Source of the DNA: Octopus bimaculoides
Lineage: Eukaryota
Direction: 5' to 3'
NCBI RefSeq assembly: GCF_001194135.2
Contig: NC_068983.1
Span: forward strand, 82,423,125-82,474,054
Length of the DNA: 50,930 nucleotides
The notes under the pieces were generated by a model that was not told the origin of the DNA, did no database searches, and saw nothing but the letters and a program-made list of their open reading frames with translations. A program made the position numbers and the translations under genes. The stretch's first letter is position 1; each line of letters starts with the position of its first letter. Shown here piece after piece: positions 36,771 to 48,919 of the stretch.

Positions 36771-38177
36771 TGTCATAAATAAGATGAACAAGTGTCTAGT
36801 GATGATGACTTCACGAATCACATTCACTTAGCATAAGAGAAGCAGTTGTTACATACCATCCACAAAGACTCACTACATAACCTCAACCTCCACAATGACT
36901 CATTACATAACCTCCACATAATAAAACAATGGCTAACTAGCCCAACAGAATTGCTTCTTCTTGTATTTGTTGCTCCATTCTCCACATAAATATATATAAA
37001 GTCTGTCATACCGGCCATGATGAAATACCACAAAGTATAGAAAATATGAAATACCACAAGGTATAGAAAATACATATTCGCCTTTATATATTTATATATT
37101 TAATCCTTTATATTGAACACTCAATATTTCATCTATTCAATAANNNNNNNNNNNNNNNNNNNNNNNNNNNNNNNNNNNNNNNNNNNNNNNNNNNNNNNNN
37201 NNNNNNNNNNNNNNNNNNNNNNNNNNNNNNNNNNNNNNNNNNNNNNNNNNNNNNNNNNNNNNNNNNNNNNNNNNNNNNNNNNNNNNNNNNNNNNNNNNNN
37301 NNNNNNNNNNNNNNNNNNNNNNNNNNNNNNNNNNNNNNNNNNNNNNNNNNNNNNNNNNNNNNNNNNNNNNNNNNNNNNNNNNNNNNNNNNNNNNNNNNNN
37401 NNNNNNNNNNNNNNNNNNNNNNNNNATATATATATATATATATAAATATATATATATATATGTATAGACATACATACACACACATATACACATATGCACA
37501 CACACATGCACACATACATTGCTGATATTTATAGAAACGTCATCATCATTATCATGGTTATGTTGATGCAGTTACTGTTATTATTGTAATTGTTGTTGTT
37601 ACTTCACGGAGATAACCACCATTGTTGTCTTGGATGCTACGGCTTCTTCTGATGCCTGTTGCCATTTCTAATATTGCTGCTGTTATTAGTTTCCTTGATA
37701 TGTTTGTTCTGCATCACAACAACAACAACAACAACTATTACTACTATTACTACTACTACTACTACTACTACTACATTGTTGTTGCTGGTGGTTGGTGATG
37801 GTGACTGTGTTGGTATTTTTGTTGATTGTGTTGTTATTGTTGCTGTGTTCAGTGCTTCTTTTATTGTACTAATGTTGTTATTGTTTTATAACATCTTTTT
37901 CTTTGTTGCCAAATCTGTTGTGTTTTTCATCTTGCATTTCAATGCTATTGTCATTCCTTAATGTTTTTTCTCTGCATGTTGTTACTGTTGGCTGCTGCTG
38001 CTGTTATAACTGTTTTTTTTTTATCGTGGTTGCTGCTGTTGTTGCTGCTGTTCTGTTAGTTGTTTCATATATTTGTGTATTTTGCTCCTTCTGTTGTATA
38101 TGCTGCTGTGATGCTCAATGTTATATCATCACTTCTAACCTTATTATTATTATCATTATTATTATTATTATTATTAT

Positions 38178-38732
38178 TGAGTGAGAGAGCAGTGCATGCC
38201 ATCAAAGTGACACTAGGATAAAATATACGAAGCCCAATATACCCATCATGACTACCCATCTGATAAGGGTACACCAGGCACATGCATCACAACCATATGT
38301 GCATGACATGGTGATCTCATATCAAAATAAACAACGCATGACCTCACAGGTGGGGCCCAGTTAGAATTTTCTTCAGGTCAAGTAGCCCATCCCACTCAAA
38401 AGGTCCCTGAATAAGGTTTGTTTAAGGATGTTGAGCAAAACACCCATGTTTTCAAAGGTGAATTATTCAAATCCCAAAGAGTTCCTCTCAACACATGGCT
38501 ATGATGCTCCCCACTACTTCTGCTCATGATCAAAGATGCACATATCATCAGCCACCAAGGGACATGCTCAACTGGTTACAGTCAAACAACTGACAAGCAA
38601 ATCTGTGGTATTGAGTAGAATATTTGCTGTAGCCCATCTTTTATACCAAGACAAAACAATGTACATGATAACACTTCCAATCAATTAAGATCAGAAGCCA
38701 TGAGAGCCACTGCCTGGTACAGCATCTGGACA
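38178..38732 (-). mobile_element. ~550 bp non-coding retroposon-like element embedded in (TAA)n; partial second copy at 38818-39080
   Basis: Bounded by (TTA)n arrays on both sides; 38455-38725 is duplicated at 38818-39078. Confidence 0.65.
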
Positions 38733-38748
38733 TTTATTATTATTATTA

Positions 38749-38788
<40 letters not shown>

Positions 38789-39509
38789 TACTACTATTTT
38801 TATTATTATTATTTTTCCAGGGATGAATTTTTCAAACCCCAAAGAATCCCTCTCAACACATGGTTATGATGCTCCCCGACTACACCTGCTATGATCAAAG
38901 ATGCACATATTGTCAGCCACCAAGGGACATGCTCAGCTGGTTAAGGTCAAACAGTTGACAAACAGATTTGTATTATTAAGAAAAATATTTGCTGTTGCCC
39001 ATCTTTTACATCAAGACAAAACAATGTACATGATAACACTTCCAATCAGGTGAGACCAGAAACCATGAGAGCCACTGCCTGGTACTGCATCATTTTGAAT
39101 TTTTTTTTAATATCTTTATTTTTGGAAGAGGTATTTCATTTCTTTTATATCTTACATAAACTGTCAAGTTTATCCCAGACACTCTGTATATATTATGGTC
39201 ACAAAAATGTGCAAACAAGTATTCATATATCATTTATTGTAAAATCTATATAAAGATGCAAAATAGCTTTAAATTATTAGTCAAATTAAAGTTATATTGA
39301 AATATTATTATTATTACCATTAATAATGATTTGTATGATAATAAAAGATATTAGAAAAATATGAATATTTCTTACTATTAAAAATAAAAAGTGACTCTTA
39401 TAAAGTATAGAAAATTTCAGATGAAAGAAAGCATATTAGATGCACAAATGTTATCTTAAGCAACTGGGATACTAAAGGCATATTTGTATAAAGTATTATG
39501 TATACCTTT

Positions 39510-39706
39510 TATCTGTTTTAGTCATTAGATTGCGGCCATGCCGGGGCACTGTGTTGAATTCTTAGCTGAACGAACTAACTCCAGTACTTAATTTTTGCTA
39601 AGCTTGGTACTTATTGCATTGGTCTCTTTTGCTGAACCACTAAGTTATAGGGACATAAATGCACCAAATGGTGGGTGTTCATGGTGTGGGGGAGCAAACA
39701 CAGACA
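39510..39706 (-). mobile_element. CORE-like SINE 3' half
   Basis: gtcattagattgcggccatg...gctgaaccactaagttatagggacataaa is the reverse complement of the 3' half of the 9951 copy. Confidence 0.7.
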
Positions 39707-40261
39707 TTTGCATACATACAAACATACATACATACATATATATATATACATATATATATATATAGATAGATAATATTAGGGATAAAAATCCAAATTTACA
39801 GGTAAAAACTCAATTCAATTCAATTTATTAAAAAATTTAATTAACCTAAGTTTCACAGTATAAAATATAAATATATAGTTTTAGAGAAAAGAACCAAGGT
39901 TCATGAACTCATCGATGAAAATCCACTGTACCATATAGAAAAATTAATAAGTAAAAGCACAATAAATAAGTATAATATAATACAAAGTAAATATCATATT
40001 ACACTTATGCTTGTGCTTTTACTTATTAATTTTCTATATGTGACTGTGGATTTTCATCAATGANNNNNNNNNNNNNNNNNNNNNNNNNNNNNNNNNNNNN
40101 NNNNNNNNNNNNNNNNNNNNNNNNNNNNNNNNNNNNNNNNNNNNNNNNNNNNNNNNNNNNNNNNNNNNNNNNNNNNNNNNNNNNNNNNNNNNNNATATAT
40201 AATTATGTGTATAATAAAGTATGCAATTATAACATGCATTTTCTCCAATCCTTAAATTCTT

Positions 40262-40290
<29 letters not shown>

Positions 40291-40292
<2 letters not shown>

Positions 40293-40400
40293 AGGCTTTT
40301 TTCAGTTTCCATCTACCAAATATACTCACAAGGTTTTGGTCAACCCAAAGCTGTAGAGGAAGACACTTTCCCAAGGTGCCACACAGTGAGACTGAACCAC
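40291..40400 (-). mobile_element. CORE-like SINE 5' fragment
   Basis: tttcagtttccatctaccaaa...gaagacactttcccaaggtgccacacagtg. Confidence 0.75.
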
Positions 40401-41112
40401 ACCTGGTCATATTCCATATATGTTTGTGGTGTAATGCAGAGTGTACATATGAATATATATATATATTTATACAACTTTTTTTATGCATTTACACTTAAAC
40501 TATTGCTGCTTTGAATCTAGTTCTCATCATTGCATCTACAAGGAGCATGATGGCCATGTACTATTTTTACCTGTCTTGTAATTTTCTTGATACTTATAAA
40601 TTTCTTACAGAAGTTTTGATGAGATCTTTCTAGAATACTCATGTGAATAGTTACTGGCATGGTTATGAGCTAAAACAAGCCCCTTTTAATTTTATATATT
40701 TCTGCAAAACTCTTTGAGCATCTAAGTTGCCTGTAATTTTAAATAATTATGCACACATTTTATGCCTGTTGTGATCTAGTTTCTGTTCTTATAATTAGTA
40801 GATATACATTATCCCTTTAGTATGCTAGTCTTGACATCATTTGTTATTTTCTAAAGTATTGTGTATTACTATTAAGAAAAGAAAGTGTCTCTGTTATGAA
40901 GTTCAGAAATATTCAGAATACTTCTGAGTATTACGCTACTCAGAATAGTGTAATCTTTGCATTCTAGATCAACATCTACTTATGTGTTATAAATGGATAC
41001 TAAAGAACTACTGTTAAAAAAATATAAGATAGTAAATGCATGATTACTTACATATAGACAACAAGAGAAAATTGTATCTGTAAACATATCACTTCAGTGT
41101 CAACTAAAATGC

Positions 41113-41157
<45 letters not shown>

Positions 41158-42217
41158 ATATGTGTGTAAATATGTATGTGTCTATCTGAATATACTGTTA
41201 TATCTTGGGACGGCCATTATGCCAATAACAAGCACACACACCGGTTCTATTTTACTTCAGCTTATTAGAGATTTAGTTAGCTTTTTAACCAACTAACTAT
41301 TCGTTTGTTTCATTAATGTTCACTCAGTCAATCCAACTGCAAAATTTGTCGAAGTCTAAAGTCTACTTGCAAACCTGGAGTAGAGAGTGCATGTCATTGA
41401 TTAGGTCACAAATGGTGAGTAAAGGACTTGGTATATATATATGTATATATATATATATATATATCGTTGTTTCCCTCCTTGTTTCTTTCTGTGTTCCTTT
41501 CTGTTGAAGAGTGTAGGCTCAAAACATTAAAGACTTTCTCTATTCTCAAGTGTTATACTAATACATCCAGTTGTCTACACCAGCTGTCTTCATCTGTTGT
41601 TTTTTCGTGAATTCTCCCTATATATATATAGCCAGCTGTAAGCAAAAGAGGAAAAGTTCAGTTGTCACTAATTGTGACTGACAGTGCAGGGTAGCATCTA
41701 CATTACTAGAAATAAGAACTAAAAGCTTTTGCAGTCACAAAGAAGCATGTCTATGTACTGACAGGGCAGATAACTACCCCACAGCGAGTGTGATCATCCT
41801 GTCATACATAGACATATGTTTCTTTATGGCTGTAAGGGCTATATGTATATATACAGACATATACATATAATGTGTGTGTGAGAAAGAGAGATCATGTGTC
41901 TGTTAGTGTCTCTTGGTCGTAATTTCATGTGATTGCTGTAAATAAGTGTTATTCATTTGTAATATGTTCGGTCAAGGGGCAATATTACCTTACTTGGAAA
42001 CAAGCAAAATTTAGCATAGGAAGTGTACTTGGCCTTAGAAAAGTCTGCCTCTATAAACGGAATGTGACTCATGTAAGCATGGAAAAGTGGATGTTAAACA
42101 ATGATATACTGGTTTATTGGTATGGAACAATTATTTGTGACCCAACATATAATTCCAAAATCAAGTCCCTTACTATGTGCAACTCAGGAAAACATACACA
42201 CACACACACTCATATAC

Positions 42218-42280
<63 letters not shown>

Positions 42281-43419
42281 TGCATATAGATAATCATTCA
42301 ATTATAGCTGTATGATAAGAAGTTTATAAATTAATGAATAATGAAATAGAAGAAACCAAAAAAAAAAAAAATGAATTGTAGAAAGTGCTGAGACAGAAGA
42401 CAAAGCCTGGAATGATGTAAGTTTGGTGCAGCGATATAAGAAAATAGTTCATAAAAGATTTAAAAACGGAAATCTTTATAAAACATATGAACAATATTGA
42501 AATTTGCTTGTGTATATTATTTGGTATGTTCAAATTCAAAGTTTAGACATTCATAATTTATTTAATGGAATTCTATTGGGAAATCAGCACCAACAGCAAT
42601 GACAACCAATGAAACAACACCAACCAACTTCCAACTCTCACCTATAGCAGCATCAGAATAATAACAACAACAACAATAATAATAATATTAAAATAAATAA
42701 TAATAATAATTATGATGATGACGGTGATGATGTCAACTGCCATCTGTGACTTTATCTAACCCCCTACCAAAAGAACATCAGTATATTAAGAAAGTGTGAG
42801 AGAGAGAGAGAGAGAGGGGGGTGGGGAAGAAAAGAAGAGAAGGAAAGCAATAATAACAATTCCAATTATAAGAACAAGAACAGTGATATTCTCATGCGAA
42901 GCATAACCATTTCATTCTTCATCGTTTAACTACAACAACAAAACAGTTGAACTACAGTAATAATTTTAACAACAACACTATGAGTATCAATAACAGTTGC
43001 AGGAAATTGTAAACAAGTCCAAACTGTAGTAAGAGAACAATAATTTCACCATCACCTAAAATTGTCAGTGACAACAATATGAAAGTTCTATAAAATTGGA
43101 ATTTATCAACTTACATTGATGGATCTAACTAATCAATTATTCATTCAAAATGAATTTGCTTTTTGTTAATTTATTGGACTTATTCTTCATTTTAGGCATT
43201 TATTTATTCTTTGCATCATAGAGAAGTTAATTTACAGTTAATAATACAAATAATAATAATGCTTTCTTTATTGGCCACAAGGGCCAAACGCTAAAATGAA
43301 GAAGGATGATAGAAAACGAAGGACAAGTGTGGCTCAGCACAAAAACATGTGTATACAGTAATAAAATAATAATAATAGACATCAGAATTTAAACAATAAA
43401 ACCCCACTAAAGTAGTGGG

Positions 43420-43720
43420 GGTAGTGCATACAGAATGGTTTTATCACCCTGTGCACATTTCAGATATGTTTGTGTGAAGAGCTCATCTTGAACTGGCAGA
43501 GTTCTCCAGTAACACTGTCTGAGATTTCTGGCAATTATCCATTGGCCCTGGCATAAAACTCTGGAAAAGACCAGTTAATTGATCTCCCCTGTTGCCCAGA
43601 GATTCTGCAAGGACATCGTCTCTCTTTTACCCATCACTAATCTGCTATAGAACTTCAAAGAGGAATTTTCACTGACCACATTGCCCAACTAGATGAAGGC
43701 TGTAAGCACTTGCCAACACT
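43420..43720 (-). mobile_element. L1/Tx1 LINE ORF2 C-terminal fragment (zinc-knuckle region), degenerate
   Basis: Minus peptides DVLAESLGNRGDQLTGLFQSFMPGPMDNCQKS and QCYWRTLPVQDELF...KCAQGDKTILYAL are homologous to the plus-strand copy at 43860-44048. Confidence 0.65.
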
Positions 43721-43728
43721 CCAGGTGC

Positions 43729-43761
<33 letters not shown>

Positions 43762-43794
43762 CATCATCTTCATCATCCTCATTATTATTATTAT

Positions 43795-44965
43795 TTGTTG
43801 GGATCGGTGGTTGTTCCGCTTAAGAAATTTATAGAGGATTAGTGGTGGGGAAGTGCAACAACGTTCTTGAGGAGTCTCTGGGCACCGACAAGAACAAACT
43901 GGCCAGTCTGTTCCAGAGGACTTTCCAGTTGGGAAATATCATGGATAATTTTTAGATATCCTTGGCCTGTTCAAGATAAACTCTACAGGCACAGATGTGC
44001 TGTCAGACAGACTTGTCCATGATGTGTACAGAGTGGCGAAACCATTCTTATTTCGGTATTGCCCACAAGGGGCTAAACATAGAGGGGACAAACAAGGACA
44101 GGCAAAGGGGGTTAAGTCGATTACATCGACCTCAGTGCGTAACTGGTACTTAATTTATCGACCCTGAAAGGATGAAAGGTAAAGTCAACCTCGGCGGAAT
44201 TTGAACTCAGAACGTAACGGCAGATGAAATACCGCTAAGCATTTCGCCCGGCGTGTTAACGTTTCTGCCAGCTTGCTGCCACCCTTGTTCTGTGTCCAGG
44301 CATTGCTGACTTGTGGGGTTATGATGAACAGCTGCTTTCATGTGTTGGACGGATCCGTCTGTTGGCCGAGTCTGTAGTGATGATCACCCCGCCACCCTCC
44401 TTCAATCATGCAGGTAAGGCAGTTATCCTTTGCCTGGTGTCTGTGGCAAAAGAGGTTGTTTGGTGGACAAGACTGAAAGGCATGAGTATATATACATTCC
44501 TTTTTGGTAGAACTCTCATTGACTTCTTCAAGATTCACTTGAAAAGGAAATTGAGAGTGGAGAGGGAAGTGCTGTTCTCGAGTGAGTTTATTGAAAGGTA
44601 GGTGAAAGTTGCAAAAATGGCATGTGTGGATGGTACGTACCTCTCTAAGTTTAGACTGGTGAGTCAGAGAGAAGGAATTGGAGAGGGCACTTACTCTTGG
44701 GGTTTGAGAGAAATCTTGGATAGTGGTGTTCCTTGATTATCTCTAGAGGCCTTCCTGTATCAGGAGGGCCACAACTCTATCATCCACTCCGCCACATTTT
44801 TTTAAACCTTTGTATTCTATGCATGTGTCCCTTCTTTTTCAGTGTATACTTAATTTCTTTCTTTCTTTCCATTTTTTTAAATATTATTTCATTATATGTA
44901 AAACCCTACACTTTCTATCTGTCTTTGTATTGTCCCCCTCATCCTTTGACAAATAAATGAAATCC
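43795..44965 (+). mobile_element. L1/Tx1 LINE 3' end (ORF2 C-terminus plus 3' UTR), interrupted by a SINE
   Basis: PVQDKLYRHRCAVRQTCP*CVQSGETIL, then the SINE, then LVLCPGIADLWGYDEQLL...VAKEVVWWTRLKG...FFKIHLKRKLRVERE...FIER*V. This fits the CxxC..ET..H....C knuckle and C-terminal W..R motifs of L1/Tx1; a T-rich UTR ends in aataaa. Confidence 0.8.
44052..44280 (-). mobile_element. Near-intact Meta/Sauria-like tRNA SINE inserted in the L1 zinc knuckle
   Basis: Minus head ggcagcaagctggcagaaacgttaacacgccgggcgaaatgcttagcgg...gagttcaaattccgcc (A/B boxes) followed by the gactttacctttcatcctttcagggtcgataaattaagtaccag domain. Confidence 0.85.
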
Positions 44966-44979
44966 TTATTATTATTATT

Positions 44980-45088
44980 ATTCCTTTGTCAAGTCACAAC
45001 AAGGACTTCAGACAGATAATACTTTCCTTAAGAATGTGCACTGTGCCTAATAAGGCTGCCTTTTGCAAGACATCAATCCTGCATGGGA
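44980..45088 (-). mobile_element. 3' end of an R4/Dong-like RLE LINE ending in (TAA)n
   Basis: Minus peptide IDVLQKAALLGTVHILKE matches the QK..LLGT..IL+K C-terminal motif of RLE elements, followed by a short UTR and aataataat. Confidence 0.65.
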
Positions 45089-45089
45089 T

Positions 45090-45239
45090 TTCTTCTTCTT
45101 CTTCTTCTTCTTCTTCTTCTTCTTCTTCTTCTTCTTCTTCTTCTTCTTCTTCTTCTTCTTCTTCTTCTTCTTCTTCTTCTTCTTCTTCTTCTTCTTCTTC
45201 TTCTTCTTCTTCTTCTTCTTCTTCTTCTTCTTCTTCTTC
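45090..45239. repeat. Pure (TTC/GAA)n array of about 50 units
   Basis: Directly visible; source of the poly-S/E/K/F/L ORFs. Confidence 0.98.
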
Positions 45240-45419
45240 ATTATTATTATTATTATTCAACATTTAGTAGTTTCAGGCAAATTTCTACTGCATCACCTGC
45301 TACACCTTCGTATTTCTAGGGTGTGTGTAGCGTTGTGTGTTCTGTTTTATTGTTGAGAGAGTGAAAATCTTCCTGGTGTTGTATTGCATCAGTTTCTTTT
45401 GTTATGAAGTTTGATGCAG

Positions 45420-45680
45420 TCTTGCCGAACCGCTAAGTTACAGGCATGAAGACACACCAGCATCAGTTGTCAAGCTATGGTGGAGGGACACACAAACATA
45501 CACAAAGACACACACACATACGATGGGCTTCTTTCAGTTTCTGTCTACCAAATCCACCCATAAGGCTTTGGTCAGCCTGAGACTATAGTAGAAGACAATT
45601 GCCCAAGGTGCCATGCAGTGGGACTGAACCTGGAACCATGTGGCTGGTAAGCAAGCTACCTACCACATAGCCACTCATGC
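45420..45680 (-). mobile_element. CORE-like SINE
   Basis: Reverse complement of the 9951-10200 sequence. Confidence 0.8.
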
Positions 45681-45770
45681 TTTTTCTTTTTTTCTTGTTC
45701 ATTTCTTGTTTAAATTTTTCTTTCATTACACAGTTTCCAGTTTTAGTGATGCTGGCCTCCTTGATATGTT

Positions 45771-45841
<71 letters not shown>

Positions 45842-46154
45842 TACTTGAGCTGCTCAGTACAACATGCAAATTATTACTCTGATAAAACTTCTTCTTGTCT
45901 TTAAAATGGGTTCCCATATTACCCTAATAGTCAAAAAGAGTCAAGATACATCTGACTCATTACTTTCTTTTTTTATAGAGAAATATAAACATTAGTCGTT
46001 AGCACGGGAAGCATGTTTCAAGTTAAGAAACTATGTAAATCAGATTCAAAACCTCATTGTAGCTATTTTACTTAATTTGATAATGCCTTTAGAAAAGTTG
46101 TGAAGATTACATCTATCAGTCTGGTAACTCCAGAAAAATGCAGCACTACAAAGC

Positions 46155-46865
46155 TTCCACTGCTTTGATTGTTCTTTGGTTTCAGGCTGGTAGTGATGAA
46201 CCCAACTTTCGTCCATAGTAATGAAATGAGCAAGAAAAATCTCTTCATCAGCTTCAAACAGCTCCAGGTTGCTCGTGGACAAAGTGCACATGGTGCGTTT
46301 CTGTTCAGGAGTCAAAAGGCGAGGGACCCACCTTGCAGAAACCTTTGAGAACCCAAGTTCTTTTGTCACAATGTTGTCTGCTCTTTCAGTTGAGATGCCC
46401 AGTCTCTCGGCTATCTGACGACATGATATTCAATGATCTTGCATTATCATACCAAGAGCAGGGTCAAGGTTGTCCTTGGTGGTTGCAGTTGGAGGTCTCC
46501 CTGGTCTGGGATCATCTTCTACACTCTCCCTGCCACACTTGAATTCATTTACCCAGCGTTTAACTGTTGCATATGAAGGAGCATTGTCTGTTAAGGTTCT
46601 CACCATACCTTCATGGATTTCTGATGGAGTCATGCCTTTGAAGTGAAGGTACTTTATGACAGCATGATACTCAGTTTTCTCCATTTTCCTTGTAAATTTG
46701 AAGCTTGTTTATTAAAAAATCTGCAACAAAAAGAATTAAAATATCAGAATCATGAAAATAAGCAAGAATACTCCAAAAAGACAGTACATACCAAAAAAAA
46801 TTGTTTCAACTATACAGCAGCCCTAATTCTAGGTTAGGCTCAAAACTTTTCAGACACCCCTTGTA
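46155..46865 (-). mobile_element. Mariner transposon 5' half (TIR plus transposase HTH domains and first catalytic Asp), frameshifted
   Basis: TA-CAAGGGGTGTCTGAAAAGTTT terminus at 46865. Peptides MEKTEYHAVIKYL...WVNEFKCGRESVEDDPRPGRP and LGFSKVSARWVPRLLT...FITMDESWVHHYQPETKEQSKQW contain the WVPxxL and TxDExW mariner motifs. Confidence 0.92.
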
Positions 46866-47492
46866 TCTCTGTGTGAAGAAAAGGAGAAATTTCTACAAGG
46901 ACTAAAAAGGCAATTTTGGCAAAGGCTAATGAGGGAGCTTCTGTAAACATTAATAAAGAAGTTTCTAGATATGTCTCTGAAGGAGTATCTTTGTAAGTAA
47001 ACAAAATATCAACTGTGTGGTTACTCCAACTACTAAAATTAGCAGCTAAATCTTCCTGAAATCTCACCCTACAATCATAAAGAAGGATGTACTGGATAAT
47101 GTAGTTACACCATTTCTGGGGGAAATGGGACTAATTTGATCAGAACTGATCAGGATGGGACCAACACCATAGAACAGGCATAACAACATACTAGCTAATA
47201 AGGATGAAGTACCTCAGTAATCATTTGTCCAGCTAGAAATAGCAGCCCCAGGCCCTCATGTCACATAGTAATGCCTTAAAATATTTCTAAGTAAAGTCAC
47301 ATTGGTCAAAGATATACATAAAAACAAGATGGTTATAGCATAAATATTTTTGATCATATGCTTGCCTGGGGCTAAACAGCAACAACACTGGGTTGATCAC
47401 TCACATATAAATAACATTGATTATAAAACATCAAGAAACAAAGTATTTATAGTCTAATAATGTTGTCTTATTAATTAATAATTAAATCAAAG

Positions 47493-47527
<35 letters not shown>

Positions 47528-47732
47528 GTAATATTGTTTTATTAATAATATTGTCTTATTAATTAATATGGAAAACAAAAGGAATGATATATTTATATAT
47601 TATTTATTAAGGTTATCTCTATAGATAATCTAAAGAAACTACAGCCAGCACTGATTTTTGCTATGATGGTTCATACCAAGACATCAGATGTAAATAAATA
47701 ATGTGATCAAAAATGACGAAAATAGGTAATGG

Positions 47733-47780
47733 GTATATATATACTATATTTCGGGGGTTTTTGCCCCTTCATCAGTGCAC
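47733..47780 (-). ncRNA. Minimal hammerhead ribozyme motif, slightly degenerate stem I
   Basis: Minus strand reads GTGCA-CTGATGA-A-GGGG-CAAAAA-CCCC-C-GAA-ATAT-AGT-ATAT-A-TATAC. Core intact; AUA triplet; stem I has one mismatch and one wobble. Confidence 0.55.
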
Positions 47781-48010
47781 ATCTAACCTATTGATCATCT
47801 TCAAACACATTGCTTTAATATCCACTATACCTAGTGGTGGCTGTAGTTTTTGTGGATTATCCACAGAGATAATCTTAATAAATAATGTAGAAAGTGCACT
47901 GCTTAAGCAGTAGAATCTGCTATTGACTTATGAAAACGTTTAATATACTTTATAGTATATGTTGGTTGCAAAACGAAATACCACGTACCTACAAGTCATT
48001 AATAAATATT

Positions 48011-48041
<31 letters not shown>

Positions 48042-48235
48042 NNNNNNNNNNNNNNNNNNNNNNNNNNNNNNNNNNNNNNNNNNNNNNNNNNNNNNNNNNN
48101 NNNNNNNNNNNNNNNNNNNNNNNNNNNNNNNNNNNNNNNNNNNNNNNNNNNNNNNNNNNNNNNNNNNNNNNNNNNNNNNNNNNNNNNNNNNNNNNNNNNN
48201 NNNNNNNNNNNNNNNNNNNNNNNNNNNNNNNNNNN

Positions 48236-48457
48236 TGTACTACACATGCATAAGGGATGGCCACTAGGTGGACATCCAATATGCTAGAAAGAGGTCATCA
48301 ACGACCCAACCACAAAGAAAAGTAATGTTCTCCAGAAAAAATTTCGCAAAAACACCAGAACAGGACAAAATGAGAAATATACAGAATAAAGAATAAAGAA
48401 CAAAGTCTTTCTAGCATATTGGATGTCCACCTAGTGGGTATCCCTTATACACATGTA

Positions 48458-48462
<5 letters not shown>
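48236..48462 (-). mobile_element. Penelope-like terminal-repeat copy with an inverted ~55 bp duplicate of its 3' end
   Basis: 48236-48292 is the reverse complement of 48407-48462. The interior on the minus strand (ttttgcgaaattttttctggagaaca...gtggttgggtcgttgatgacctctttctagcata) is homologous to 30595-30700. Confidence 0.6.
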
Positions 48463-48498
<36 letters not shown>

Positions 48499-48499
48499 C

Positions 48500-48885
48500 T
48501 ATTACTTGTTTCAGTCATTTGGGTGTGGCCATGCTGGAGCACCACCTTTAGTTGAACAAATCAACCTCAGAACTTATTCTTTGTAAGCCTAGTACTTATT
48601 CTATCTTTAATTTTTTGCTAAACCCCTAAGTTATGAGGACGTAAACATACCAACTTCGGTTGTCAAGCTATGGTGTTTGGGATGACAAACACAGGCACAA
48701 AAAGATGTGTATATATATATGTATATTTATACAATGAGTTTCTTTCAGTTTCTGCATGCCAAATCCACTCACAAGGCTTTGGTCAGCCCAAGGCTATAGT
48801 AGAAGACACCTGCCCAAGGTGCAATGCAATGGGACTGAACCCAGAACCATGTGGTTGGTAAGCAAGCTACTTACCACACAGCCAG
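48500..48885 (-). mobile_element. CORE-like SINE, near full length
   Basis: Reverse complement of 9951-10325. Confidence 0.8.
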
Positions 48886-48919
48886 TCCTCTGTGTGTGTG
48901 TGTGTATGCATATGTGCAT

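Noticed and set aside
38690-38730. Short similarity to U2 snRNA (cctggtactgca)
   Set aside because: Only about 12 nt match and the U2 structure and Sm site are absent.
41480-41545. ttgaagagtgtaggctcaaaac hammerhead-like remnant
   Set aside because: CUGA and GAAA are both mutated and the stem II register does not fit.
44986-45356. Poly-S/E/K/F/L ORFs
   Set aside because: Translation of the (TTC)n array.
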